Shown: positions 47,436 through 60,768 of the stretch, piece by piece
Position numbering within the stretch: the first letter of the stretch is position 1
Layout of the letters: every line of letters begins with the position of its first letter
Assembly (NCBI GenBank): GCA_036172245.1
Contig: JAYWIR010000003.1
Coordinates: forward strand, 4,960,001 to 5,024,000
Direction: 5' to 3'
Source: Raillietiella orientalis
Taxonomy: Eukaryota
Length of the DNA: 64,000 nucleotides
Notes under the pieces: model-generated
Databases searched by the model: none
Told to the model about the DNA's origin: nothing
Seen by the model: the letters and a program-made list of their open reading frames with translations, nothing else
Program-made: the position numbers and the translations under genes

Positions 47436-50400
47436 GCGCATCACTTCCAGTATGCATCGTGTGACTGTCATCTGTGTATCCTCCAGGAGAAGATGAGCGA
47501 TCATTCCGAGGGCGTGACTGCATCCGTACGCTTTCGGCAGCGCAGCCTGCAGAGGTGCAACTGGTTTCCGAGAGATGTGTGTGCGACCCAGCTTCCCGCC
47601 CCGTGCCTCCTGCGGCGGCGTGCTGCTTTTGGGCACGCGGCGACGCGCTTTCGGGTCGCGCGCGCGTGTCGCTGGATCTGCGTGGCTGTGGCAGGTTTAC
47701 CGTGTGCGTACGGTACGCCAGTCGCGGGGGTGGGGGTGGGGGGGATGCCGTTCCCTTGCTGGCCGCCAACCTCATTGAAGGGACTTCGGCCGGGGAGGAC
47801 GAAGACGGTCGGGATGGTCATCTTTCGGCGCCGCGGGCGAGAGAACCTCTCGCCCCGTGGTCTCTCCGCGCTGGCTTCGCCGTGAGGTCGGACTGACTCG
47901 CTGCCTGTCGTTTCCGTTTCGCAGGCCTGCCTCTTTCTCCTCTTTCTCTCCCCTCCCCCCCCCCCCCCCACAGGTGTCGGTTCGCCGAAATTCGGCAGGG
48001 AATTTCGATTTTCTTTCTCCGCTCGGCGCTCGCTCGAGCGAACCTTCCTCGAGGTGCACAGTTTGCTCCCCCCCCCCCCAACTTCCGGCACACGTCCACG
48101 GCACTTTTTTTCACAGGCAGTTTTCCTCGTTACGTCAACGCGCGGATCGCTCCATTGGAAATCACGCTCGAAGGTGTTCCTCTTCTTGGGAAACTGTTAC
48201 GGCAGGGAACAGCTGTTGTCATGGAGCTCGGGTTGCCGAGCCGAGATTGGAATTTTTCTCTTAACTCTTCCTCCTCCCCTCTTCCTCTCAAGAGTGGGTT
48301 GCCTTTGATCAGAATTAATTATAAAACGATCAGTTGCTGCTCGGGTGTTTGGTTTAGGCGTCACAATGGAACCGGCGTCCATTCCGGAACGCAAGAACGC
48401 AGCTCCGCACAAAGAAAGGAAAGGCAGCCACCGTCACGTTTCTAATCAATCGAGATGGTCCACCTGTATCCCAGCTCCAAATCAGTTGGCGCTTACGAAT
48501 CACGACTTCGAACTTTTCCGAGGGCAGAGATTATGATCACGTGACGGCCATCACGAACGTGTTTACTATTAACATCTCTTTCAATTCTGGCGCGGAGGAA
48601 CGGAATGAGAATTGACAGTGTGATGCGCCCGCTACCCAGAGCATTTTCTCTTTGGTTCTCTTTCTTGGCGTCGTCGTCGTCGTCGTCATTGATGCTGCTG
48701 CTGCTGATGATGACGATGTTGTTTCGCGCGCGCACGTTCTCCGAAAGGTGTTTCACAATTTCGAAAGTAGGGTTCGTTGCCGGGCTACGGCGAACAAACA
48801 CTTTCTCTCCCAGCGGGAGCGCCAGCAGAGAGCGAAGCGGGAAACAGGGAGCGGCGCTACTTGCGACGATCCCGGCCAGGCCGCGCGACGATGTCCCAGT
48901 TCGAACGGGTCCTGGATACCTGCGCGTCCGAGTGGCCACCGGCGAATCCGCTCTTCGACAACGTCTCCCGTCTCGGGCAGTCTTCCCGTCCCCGGAAGAA
49001 GCAGCGGCGGCGTCTCCTTCGCGTGGCGACATCCGTCCCCCGCGATCGCAGCAGATGTCGGTGTGGTTGCGCAACACCGCGCGCTTTCCGGGTGGTGTTC
49101 CGTTGCCGGCGACGACGACTCTGCCGTAGGGACCGCCGCCACGGACGCTCCTCGCGGCGGACGCATGGCGGAAGAGAAAGAGAGGAGGGAGGAAGAGGGA
49201 GGCGTGCCGCCGCGCATCGGTTCGTCTGGTCGCGCCTTTTGCGCTTCGCTTGGCCTCTGCTTCCGGAGGACGGACGAAGAGACCGGCGTGCCAGGAGCTG
49301 TCCGACTTTGTCGGCGGTAGCGAGCGGGCGGGCGGGCAAGCGCGGGATGGGGGAGGCCAAGTCGTCGAAGATCTCCACTTCCTGCGGCAGAGGAGCTCGC
49401 GTCGGTCGCCCGGGGCAACCCTGCGCGCGGGAGGAAGTGAAGACTCCCCTGCCGCAGGGATGGACGGGAGGACGCGGACGATCCCTCCAACCGTCGCCCC
49501 GTGCTCTCAGGGGCGACACCAGCAAGCGCGCCAGGTCCTGCTGGTTTTTCGCCTCCTGGCTCCATGAGCTCAGTGCCGCGAGGGCAGCTGGTGCGAATGT
49601 TCCGAAAGAAGGGGGAAGGTAGTAGTAGCCCAGTGCGCGCAAGCGCGCGACGTTCTGAGGCGATACAGGTCGGCTCCGAGGATAGTCGGGTCGTGAAGAC
49701 GGCGCCGGACCAACCGAGGAAGTTTCCGGTCAAGTTGGGAGCGGTGAGAAACGAAGCAGGGACTCCTCACCCGAGGTCCCGTTGCTGCTGGTAGAGGGAG
49801 AGGAGGAGAACAAGCAAGTGGGGGAAAGGTTGCGCGTGTGCCCGCCTCCAGGGATTGAAGCGCCGCTCGTGCCACCTGTGGCTCACGACGACGACTCCGC
49901 TCAGGAAGGGAAGGATGACCGAACGGCCGCTTCCTGGAACGCAGGCGGACGCAACCTTGCGGCATTCGCACTCCGAAAGGGGGAGGGAGGGGCTCCCGGG
50001 AGCCGCGAACCGCGCGTTCCCGAACGTGCGACCTTGGATCGCACTTCCCGACCTCCTCTCCTCCTTGTATCTAAAAGAACGGACGGAGGGTCTTTCCTTT
50101 GGGGTTTTGCGCGCTGGTCCCGGCGAGAAGGATGGAGGGCGCTCGCACCTCGGCTACGTCCGAGCGCCAACCGGAAGCGACGGCGTCTCCAAGGAGCCGC
50201 ATCCGCTCGAAAGTCTCCGCCGCCGTCTCTGATGGCTTTGACCTTCCTGGATGGCCGCAAATTGTGGCGGCTGTCGGCAACGAACAGGCAGGCTCGCTAG
50301 CCCCAGTGCGTGCGTGTGAGGAGGGGGCTGCAGAGACGACTGGGCGGCGGATTTGCGCCCTCCTCCTCCTCCTCCGCTTCGCAGCGCGGGTGGCGAGCGC

Positions 50401-53400
50401 GCAGGGAGCCGCGGTGCACCTGCGCGAGGGTGCGTTAGCTGCGGAAAGCGACCCAGATGCCATGTCGCCCACGCGGGAGCGGCGTGGTCCGCTCACGGAG
50501 CGCCCTAGGGGCGCAGAGTGCATACCCTGGGGCGCTTGCCGATCCGGCAGAGCAGGAGTCACGAGCGAGGTCCAGGAGCTTCCAGGGGGAGCCATCGCTG
50601 CTGGGCGGCGCGGCCGCCCTTCGCAGTGCAGAGAGGTGTCCTGCTGGAGCATCGTTCTCCGAGCGGCGCTGCCACCGGGTGCGCTGCGCGACCCTGGCGC
50701 GTGGTGCCTCTTCGGGATAGAGCTTTTCCTCCCGTTCTTTCCCCACCCCACCCCCATCTCGAGGCCAGAGGGGAAAGAAAGGTGAGATGAAGACCACCCG
50801 CTCATCCTGCTTCCCGTTCACGTGGTGCCGCACTTGAGCAAAGACAAAGCAGCAGGGGACGTCTGGGGTGCCTTCCTAAGGGACACTGAAGTACTCGGAA
50901 GCACCTTCTCTGGAGACCGAAACCGAGGAAGCGAGAGGGAAGAAGGGCCTCCGGGAAGTCGAAAGGAGGAAGACGCTGGGAACGGGATCTCCTGGAATTG
51001 CTGGGCAAAGGGAGGGAGGAGAGCATTCGAAACTAGGGGAGGTTCCCGGATCTCTCTCTGGAGCGACCGGGAAGCGAGGAAGGACGGAGGAAAACTGAAA
51101 AGCGAGGAGCAGCAGTCGCGCTGCAGCCGTTGCTGAGGAGACCGAGAGCGGGCCGCGTATGAGTCTCTGCTGTGCCTGTCCTGCCGCATCCCCCGCGGCG
51201 ATAGACCGCCGCCCTTCCCAAGCGTTGCTCTCACCGTGTCCCCTCCAGCTTCCCGGAGGAGAACTGCCTCTCTTAGGCGAAGGGGGAGGGGCAGGACCTT
51301 CTCCCTAAAGACAGCTCCCTTTTCCTCTGTTCCGGGTGGGACGCGATCCTTCTTCCCACCTTCTCCCGTCGACACCCGGTGGATGATGAACGGTTGCAAG
51401 CAGGAGACGCGACGCTGCCTTCCCTGCGCCATCGGGGGGTGCCCCTACTTTTCCAAAACGAAAGAGAGTCGAAGTGGACAGACGCCCTCGAGGCAGTGGC
51501 GACCTCGTTTCGGGAGACCTGTTGCACTCCAGACATCGCTACGCTCTTCTCCTGAAAGACCGCCTGCCGCTCCCTTCACCGACTGATCTCTCGTTTGCAG
51601 GCATGCGGTCTCCAAGACGACCCATCTCTTTCCACCCTCCACTCCCCTTTTCACCCTGCGGGACGCCACCACTCGTACGCGAGGGAGTGACGCGCGCACT
51701 CGTCCGCGCGGACGTCCGTCTCGGGAGAAACGCGAGAGAGGGGCGAGTGGCGATGCCCGCGCCTCTATGCTGCCAACTCCCGCCGGCTACTGAGGGGGCG
51801 AGAGCCTCTGGGATAATTGGGAGGCGAGAAGCTGACGCTGCCGAGTCCTCTTGGGCAACAACGCGCGCGGGAGAAGGGTGGCATCCTGCGCCACCCTACT
51901 TACTGGGAAAGGCAGGCGCACCGGACGACGACGATCCACCACTTGTGCGCGCGACACCGCCGCCTCTGTTGGAAACGGTCGCGAGGGAGTGATCCCGTCC
52001 CGGAAAGAAGCGATAGGGCGTCCCTGCGGGGGATCCCAACGCGGCAGGCAGGCGGTCAGCAGCAGCGTCTTCCGGGAATCCGCCGCCGCGCTTTCACGGG
52101 CGTCTCACCGCTCGCGCGGCTCCTCTCGCGTGTGCGCCCTCGCTGGCTCCCTCCCCTCCCCCCTCTCTTCCCCCCCGCTCCCTCGCCGCCGCTTTCCGGC
52201 CGGCCGCTCCCCAGGGAGGAAGCCGCAAATGACGCGTTTCCCGAGCCGCTGCGGAGCGTAGCGTGCGACGCCTCGGAAGCGGGCGGGGAAGGGCGATTTG
52301 CCCGCATTAAGGCGCTCGCGGGACCGCGTCCGAGGCGACCCCTGACCTCCGCGGTGGTGCCAATGCCGAGACGAGGAGCCGTCTCCCAAGCTTTCCGCTT
52401 CTTCCTATTTATTTTATTTATTTATTTATTTTTAGTGTGTGGTGGTGGTGGTTTTGTTGTTGCCCCCCCATCCCCTTCCGTCTCTCCAGCGCGTTTCCCT
52501 CCCCGCACATGCGCACAAGCGGGGCGGAAAACGCGCTGGAGCAGAGAGGAAACGGCGGCGCCCGGAGGCGATGTGAAGGGGGAGAGAAGGTCAAAGGGAC
52601 GCCTCGACACAGGAAGCCGCGCTTCCCCACCGGATCACGTGACAGACCGGACACGTTTCCGCGGACATGGGGAGCCGTGGCGGCGGGCCAACCAACGGCG
52701 CTGCTCTCGCCTCGGGCGATTCGAGCAGCACCCAGCCAGACCGACAGGAGTCTCCCCTTTCCTGCCCTGCCCTCCCTCCGCAACGGGTGCAGGAGAGGGA
52801 AGGAGACTAAAGGGACCCGCATTTTCGCTGTCTGCTCCCCTTTCCCCTCATCCCGCTGCTCCTTCCTTTTCCTACCACGCCGCTCCGCTTTCACTTTTGT
52901 GTCCCCCTCCCCCCCCTTCTAGGCAGAAGGTGCCCGTCTCGAGACCGGCTGGCCACATTCCCTTGGGGGCTGTGCGCCGTATCCACGGCGTCCTCCGGCT
53001 TCTCCCGAAAAGGCGGAGCGGCTTCTCCCTTCCCCGTGACGGAACCCAGGATGGAGGCGGAGCGGTTCTCTTCCAAGGCCGACTTCCCTCCACAAGTCGG
53101 AGGAAAGCGAAGGGCGGGGAGTTAGGGAATGGACGGCCAGCCGCGGACTTCGCGAGGGTCGCGGGAGGGCGAGGTCGATTCGTTTTACCCCTTGGGAGAG
53201 CTCAGATCAAAACTTCAGGTGCGTGCCTTGGCGGAAGGCGAGGTCGCGTGAGGCTCAGGAGGGCGTCGCCGGTGAGGGAGTCCAGGACCTACTCAGGATG
53301 GAAGGAAACGATCGAATCTGCTTCCCTTTGGTCTCCTCGAGCTTCTCTTCCCTACCGGAAGAGAGGCCGCACCCTCTCAAGCTTCCTCGAGCGGCGGAGG

Positions 53401-56400
53401 CACTCGGTCCCTCGCTCGCTCACCTGGCAACGGAAGACTAAACCCGCTCCTTGCTTGCGCCTGCTGCATCCATGGCCCGGGCTTGCTCCGAATTCAAGCT
53501 TCTCCTCCCGTTCTTCCCCTTTACTTGGAGAGGGTCATGCTCAGTGTTATCGCTCCGCCCGATGAGAGGAGGCATGGAGATCGGCGCCGAGGGTGCGAGC
53601 TCCTGGAGCCAGAATTCTGGGACGCAAGGCATCCCACGGCGATTCGCCCGAAGTCCTCTTCCGGCTTTTCGCTCGTCAGTTGCCGGTTCTCCTGGAAAGC
53701 CTCTTCCTGTTTCCAGGAGAGCAGAGAGACGAGGGAGGAGTAGGACGCCCAACTCTCGGGAATTTCCTCCCCCAGGGGACCAGTGGCGCGCGCGCCTCGG
53801 CTCCCATTTCCGCGCCACCCTGCTCTGCCGTGTTTCTCCCAGTGTGGATCCTCCTGTCTTCGTCGCTATCGTGGGTTTCCGGGAAACCAAGGGTTCCAGG
53901 AGGAAGAGGGCTCTCCCGCCCTCAGTTCTCTCTGGACGAGACTGGGCGTGGCAGCAGATGGGAGCGACTCTCGGAAGCGGGTCGCACGCTTCAGGGACTC
54001 GGCGAGGTTGCCAGGGGGGAAGAATGTGGGCGAGGGAGGTGGAGAAGCACCACCTGCTCGTGAAGCTCACGAGACCCTCGGAAGGAGTCCCCTCAAGATC
54101 AGCCATTGCGCGTGATTCCGACCCTGCGGTGACCCCCTCTTGCCCACCTGCTGCGCGTCTCCATGAAGAGGGAGAAACGCCGGAGAACCCCGCCGGAAGG
54201 TCCCGCGTTCGTTCCACGCGCGGTTGGCTGTGCCCGGGAGGCGACCAGAGCGCGCCCCGGCTTCCCGCCCGTTCCCTTCCCCTCCCCCAGACCATCGCAG
54301 CGTCGCCCCTGCCAAGCGCAGCTCCGCAGGCGCCAGAGATCGCACGATTTCCTTTCGCATCCTCCTGGCCTTTCTGGGTGTCCGCGGGAGAGAAGTCGGG
54401 CTTGGAGGTGCCCCTCCCTAGAAGGCCAGTGGAGGGCGTCCTGGGGCGCGCTCGGTGCACTGACGGACCCTTGGAATCCCGGGACTCTAAGGACCCCATC
54501 CTGCCATTCCCTGCCCTGGACTGCACCTCGGTCCCTTTTTGCCTCTCTGGTTCTGGAGGAGAAGAGGGCAGAATCAGTCGCGGGAAGTCTTCGGCCATGA
54601 CCCCAGGAGCGGGAACGGGAGATAGCACGTGTTCCGTGTACATTCGAGCGGTTACCTGGTCCGGAACAGGAAAGAGAGTTCGTTGTAAGCGTCTCTCTTC
54701 TAGAAGTCCCTCGTTGTCTCTCGGGAGCAGGCAGAGAGAGGGGGAGGAGAGGAGGGCTGCGCAAGGATGCTCCTGACGCGTAGGGCAGCTCTACGGCACT
54801 GTGTTCATGGGGTTCAGAGTGCCAGGGAAGCGAATCTCAGTCCCTGCCACGTGTACATAAGTGGTCAGATGACGGCAGAAAGTCCGGTCAGCGGACGAAC
54901 GTGTTGGCAAGGAGGAGGTCCCAGGAACCATTCTGAGCTGCCGACACCAGAACCATACGAAAGGACCGTACCAGGTGTGCTCCGCACGTGCGGTACGCTT
55001 CTCAAAGCATACGTGCATCGCGCCTGCCGGTACGCGGTCAGCTTCACGCGTCCTGTGCACGTACGAGCACCTCGCCCGAGGGCACAGCACCGCACCGGCG
55101 CCATGCCACTGCGTGTGCCGCGCCGCCTCTCAGTCCGCTGTTCGGGAAGAACGCGGGCCCACAGGAGCGTTTCCAGGGGAGGACGACGTCCTTGACGACG
55201 ACACACAGTCCCCCGACAACGTCTATATCCTGGCTCGGTGCCGTAGGGAGCTGCGAGCGCTCCATTTGGGAGCGCGGCCTGGCTTCGGATGCAGCATCGC
55301 CTAACGTACTTCGGGGGCGGAAAGCATCCGTTCAGAGGGGGTCAAGGCTGCGCTTCATCCAGCCCCTCTCCAAAGGGAGGTGATCTGCGCTTCCCTTTTT
55401 CACGGGGCTGTCCTTCAGATGTAGCAGAAGCTGGGGAGGGAGGGGGGAAGGAGGAAGAGGAGAGAAAGAGGAACCAACCACTTGCGGCTGCTCCGGGGCG
55501 ACGACCGGGAGAAAGAACTTTCCCTTCGGCCGCAGCCACTGCCCTGTTTTCCTTCCTCGGTTCTCCTTGGAGTCTGCTCCTGACAACGGCCCGGATTCGC
55601 AGCAAACGGAACCGACGGGGTTCACTTCCGGGAGTGCTCCTCTTCCTCCTGGAAGGAGGAAGGAGAAAGATCGGGACCCCCGGACTTCCTGAAGGCCGAG
55701 CAGGACGGCGTGGTTCCGTTCTTCGTAGAGAGGCGTGCGCGAGTCTTCCTCCGGTGGCGGGCCGGCAGCTCTTCCCGTCCGGGAAGCACTGCAGCCTTCA
55801 GGTCTTCTCGAAGGACGCTTCGATGGCTCCCAGCCCTTCTCCTTCCTCGTTTCCCGGAGACCGGAGAGCAACCTGGAGTCCTCCCGAATGATAACCTCGC
55901 GGCGCGCCCGCGGGAGGCTGTGCGATCTGCGCGGAGACTGCAGGGGAGCGGGCCCGGCTGAAGTCCCTGCGAAGCGGACGCGCAGCTACCACGCCTCCAC
56001 AGACCGTCAACAATGCCGGGCGCGCGCTTCGGCCAACAATGACCGCGCGCGCCCCATCGATTGTCTCACCGTTTCCCCCGAGTTCTCCTGCCGGCTTGAT
56101 GTCGCGCGTAGGACGTAGGCGTTCCGAGGCGGATCTCCCGCGCGCCGATCCGCGTGACGTGCGGAAGAGGCGGTGCGCTGCGTCCCTCTCTGGGCGTGGC
56201 GGCGGCTCGCTGCTCAGCGTCGCGTGACTCGAGGGGGAGGTTCCCTCTTTCCTAACCGCAGCGTCCTCTCCGGTCAGCTGCGACCTCGTTCGCGAGTGCG
56301 TTTTTTCCCACCGCTTCGATTCCCTGCTTCGAGACAAAACCAAAAAAACAGGAAGAGCTCGGGAATGTGGGGGAGCGCGCGCGTATTGGGGGAGGAATGA

Positions 56401-59223
56401 GAAGCGAAAAGAAACGGGTGAACCTTACAGGGTCGAAGGAGTCCCGGTGTGTCCTTCAAAAGTGGATGCCCTGAAATCGTCCCCTGAGGCAGCGGCAAAC
56501 ACGAGAGCGCTTTCAGCATCCTCGGTCGCCTCTCCTGCTCTCTTTGGGCTCCAGGGATTTCCTGAAAGATCCCTGCAGGGGTCGCACCTACTGGTACCCA
56601 CTCTCCCCTCTCGAGGAAAGGGGGGGAGAGAAGAGGCTTACGCTTGCCGCGCTTACAGGCCTCTTCGCCTCTCCCTCCTCCTCCTCACCCCCATGCCCCG
56701 GGACGCGGTGGGGGCGTTCCCACACTAATCTGACGACGCTGGTCCTGGAGCACTCGAGCCATTTCTCTTCATTCTGGTGGTGCTTCCGGCCAGGCGAGAC
56801 GGAAAAGCGTCCGCTGATGCTCGCCCGCAGCATCCCCCTGCTCGTCTCCCGGCGCCGCCGGCCTCTCGTCGGGGTCGACTTCCGCCCTTGCTGTCCACTC
56901 CGACGGATGTGAACGATTTCATCACCCGTGCGCGCGCTGCGGTCGCGGCCGTGTTTTTTTTTTTATTGCGCGCATCTCGGCCGGACGCGAGCCGGGCCGT
57001 AAACAAACGACCCCTCCCCTTTCCCGGCGCTCTCACCGGGAAAGGAGGGCAGACCTGCTTCCGTGAGAACGGAGACTGTGACGAGGAGAGCCGCGCGTCT
57101 GGGCCAGCGTGAGAACGGGAGAGCTCGCGACACGTCCCTCCGCCCTCCCTTCCTCCCCCGTGCCTCTTCCTTTCCCGCGAGCTCCTCTGCGTCGACACGG
57201 AAAGTCGACCTCCCCCCCCCCTCCTTTCAAACACGGACGGTGGTCAAGCACCGATCGAGGCGGGCGTCGATGTCTGACTCGACCTACGACGCCCCTGGGT
57301 GGTCAGGTCGGCGTTGTGGGCACTTGCAGAGGACGGGAGAACCTCGACTCCCCGAAAGGAGCTTTGTCCCCACCCTCCTCCCTACCCGCTGCTCCTCTAC
57401 CGCGATGCGGCCCCTGCCGAGCGTGTTAAGGGCCGATCGCTTCCTCTCCCCCTCCCTCCCTCCCTCCCTCCCTCGCGGGCATCTCCGTGAGCCCAGCCGC
57501 GAGTTGCGGCGCCATTGCCCTCCCTCCCTTTCAGGGTGCGCCCTCCACCGCCTCCGCGACGGCGTCGAGCCTTCGGCGGAAGCGAATCCGGGAGAGCGGA
57601 AAGGGTCGCCCCCTCCGGGACGAGAGCCTTCAGCAGCAGATCGCCTCGGGTCACGAGCAGGGTGGCAAGGCGTCGGGGCGGGCGCACGCGGGAGCTCGAA
57701 GAGTGGGCGGGGCGCCGCCGCCCGGAGGGAAGCGCGGAGACGGACGTCCGCCCCCGCACAGTCGCTGCAGGTCGCCTCCCAGGCGCTTCCGGCGTCGCCG
57801 CCAGGAAGCGAGTGGGCGCCTCGCTGCCCTTTCCTCGCACGGCTGCCGCTATCAGGGCCGGGGCGACCCGAACTTTCTCGAGGCGGAGGCAGTGACCTCG
57901 CGAGGGGCGGGGTCGGTGTGCGAGGCACCCGTCAGCTGGGGGGTTCTGGAAGACCCTTCTAAATTGGAGGGATGCCGCAACGCCCCTGAGCCTCGGCGTG
58001 CCCCAAGGTAGGTGCCTCCGTCACACTTCGTGAAAGGGGCGGCCCGTCGCGTGCGCACCACCCGCTTGCGTGTGCGGGTGGTGCGCACAGGCCAAGGGGG
58101 CGCCCTGGAAAGGGCGGGCGGTTCACGGCCGACCCGCCCGCTGCTGCTGCTGCGTCCGCCGCCCACCGAGTCACGCGGCAGCGTTGCGTCCGGCGGTCGG
58201 TCGGTCGCGCCTCGAGAGAGCGTTGCTTAGACGCCGTCGACAAATCTCACCGCTCTCCCCCCCCTCCTCCCTCCCTCCCTCCCCGGCGTCTGCAAGTCGC
58301 GAAGCGAGACCGTTTCCGCCCTTTCTCGCGGATCTTCCAGGTGGTCCTGTCACGGGGCCATAGCCTGCGACAGGGGAGGGTCCTCCACACGCTTTCCCCG
58401 TTCCTCTCCGAACCGATTCTCTCTTCCCTTCTTTCTCCAAAGGTCCCAGAGGGTCCGAGGGAAAACCCGACTGGAACGAGAGAGGTTGCCGCCCCGGAAA
58501 CGCCCAGAGGCCAGACGTTGCCCCCCGGGGCGCCGCCGCCGAGTCTTTCCTCTGTCAGTCTTTTCCCCCTCGTTGGCTACGGATGGCATGCGCGCTGCCC
58601 TAGGGTATCTATCGAGGGGCCGTGGGCCTCGAACTCTCCCTTCACGTCGTTCCCGCCCATCGAAGCTGAGGGGCCGCAAGCGATAGAGGAGTCTTCCTGA
58701 CCTCAGAAGCGGCTTCCCCGGAAGGAGGACAGCGGTGCCTGGGGCACTTTCCGCCGTCGTCCCCCCGGCGGCCGAGTCTTCTGGAGGCTCTTCGCGCCCT
58801 GCTGGGGAACGCAATCCCGGGAGATACTCCCAGCGAGAAAGGCGGTCCGGAGCAGGGACTTACCTCTTACCCCCCAAGGGAGCCGACTGGACAGACCTCC
58901 GTTTTCCTGGAGACGGCTGCCGCCGCCCTCCTTCTCTCCTCAGCGCTTCACCCGCCCCCACTCCCACGAAAACCTCTTGGCGCGCTTTCGTCCCGTGTAT
59001 TTGACCTTGCCCGCGAGGCTTCTTCCCGTCCGGATCCTCCTCCTATCTGGACCAACGGCGGAAAAGAATTCTGCTCCTCCTCCGAGGCCTCGTCGTGTGG
59101 ATACTCCGGGAATGGGGAGAAGCAGCCGGTACGTTGGCCGGGTGGCGCATACGCTGCGTGGGCGAGGGAGGAGAAGGAGGGGCGCGAGGGAGAGAGGGCG
59201 GCTTGCACCTCCCGAGAAGAGAG

Positions 59224-60768
59224 TCACTGGTCGCGGACCCACGGGACCTTGGCGTCCCTGGCGTGGCAGTGCATGCAGTGGGAGCACTTCGCGCAGGCAC
59301 CCGGACGGACGGTCCCTCCGCCGCCGCCCAGGGAAGACAGGAGCTTGAGGGCCGGCCCCAGCTTCATCTGCAGCTTGCCGACCAGGTGGTCCTCGGTGAG
59401 GAGGGGGAGGATGCTACCGTCGATATGGTGGTCTCGAAAGATCTGTGCAGCAGAGAATGAGGGTCCTCCCGGGAACGGAAAGGAGGGGGAGAGCAGGGAG
59501 GAAGCTCGGAGATGATCCCGCGTCCTCCGGCACCGAGGAAGAGGAAGGACATGGCGGGAGAGGAACGACCGTTACCTGGGCGTACTCCGCGCACACCTCC
59601 ATGGACGACACGAACCGGCAGACGTCATCCACCGTCCATTCTTCCAGCTCCCTGCCAGAGGGGCACCTGCTGATGACGTCGCACGGGACTTCTCCGAGGA
59701 AGGGTGTCGTCCCGCGCCCCGGGCGAAATTGGTCCTCCAGTTGCTGCTGCTGGTGGGGGTGGAAGTGGTGTTGCTGGTTTTGTCCAGAGGCTCCCTGCCC
59801 GTGAGGGAAGCGCGCGCTCCTTGGTGATCGGTCGCCCCTCGCCGCCTTAACCGCCGGCGATGTGAGGTCGAGAACGTCGGGTGTCGCAGTCCCGCTCTCC
59901 AGGAATCGCTTTGAGGTCGGCTTGGTGCCCGTCTCTGTGGAAAGGGCGGCGGCGTGAGGGCCGCCGCCTCCGGGAAAGGGCCGCGTTCTTGCAGAACGGA
60001 CCATGCTCAGTAGGGCCTGGGTCGAGCTCATGTCCATCATCGGATAGCCTCCGCCGAGCCCGGGGAACGGAAGGGGTCCAGGAATCAGGGTCGACGCGTA
60101 GACGCCGGGCAGGTGGGCCTCAAAGGGGCCGGCGGAGGCAGTCCCGACCCAGTCCTTCTCCCCTCCCTCCGCGACTGCGACAGGATGGCGCGTGGACTTC
60201 AGGGAGAACCTGTCCTCGAAGCCGAAAGGAGGAGCGTCCAGAGAGCTGCGGATGCGGGGTCTCGACCTTGACCTCTTCCCCGAAGGCCCACTGACCTGCT
60301 TCCGCCATTGTACTTGGCGGCCAGATTCCGAATGTACTCGCTGCACTTTCGCCCGGCCAGCAAGTCCGCGCTCTTCGCGAGGGACGCGCAGGCGTCCCCG
60401 GGGACGCCCGGACATCCCTCGGGAGGGGGAGCGCCCCCTGCGGACTGACCGGAGGAGTTCCGGTGGCGGACGGTTCCAGTGGGGGAGTCCCGGGACGAGC
60501 AGGAGCTGCTGCTTGCAGGGCTGAATCTTTCCGGCTTGGGGCCAGTTCTCTCGGAGACGTCCAGGCTCGCGAAGGCGTCGTTGGTCATCCGTCGTGAGAG
60601 GCGAGCCTTCCTGGAAGCTCCCACTCCGGCCTTCTTGCTCGTCTCGCCGCCGCGCGACGGCGCTTTACGATCTGGAAGCACCTCCTGGGTCAGAGATGAG
60701 CAAGGAGGGATCGGGCGAGGGGGGAGTCGCGTCATTAAGCACCCTCCCTCGTCCACACTTGTCGGCAT
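59224..60768 (-). CDS. Sterile alpha motif protein, Samuel/Moses-SAMD7/SAMD11-like; exons 60768 (or acceptor at 60684)-60296, 60209-59576, 59442-59224; 5' end uncertain
   Basis: Spliced SAM domain EEWTVDDVCRFVSSMEVCAEYAQ|IFRDHHIDGSILPLLTEDHLVGKLQMKLGPALKL. Upstream motifs SEYIRNLAAKY, MMDMSSTQALLSMVR and VLDLT. GT-AG introns 60210-60295 (phase 2) and 59443-59575 (phase 0) keep the frame. Confidence 0.85.

Noticed and set aside
54989..55027. Insulin B-chain-like CGTLLKAYVHRAC (C-x11-C)
   Set aside because: No signal peptide upstream and no CC-x3-C-x8-C A chain found downstream on the + strand; probably chance.
13300..59000. A tandem AstC/AstCCC paralogue, expected because these genes are often clustered in arthropods
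   Set aside because: A visual scan of both strands for C.FN..SCF-coding sequence found only 29298-29411. A tblastn search would be needed to exclude a split or divergent copy.
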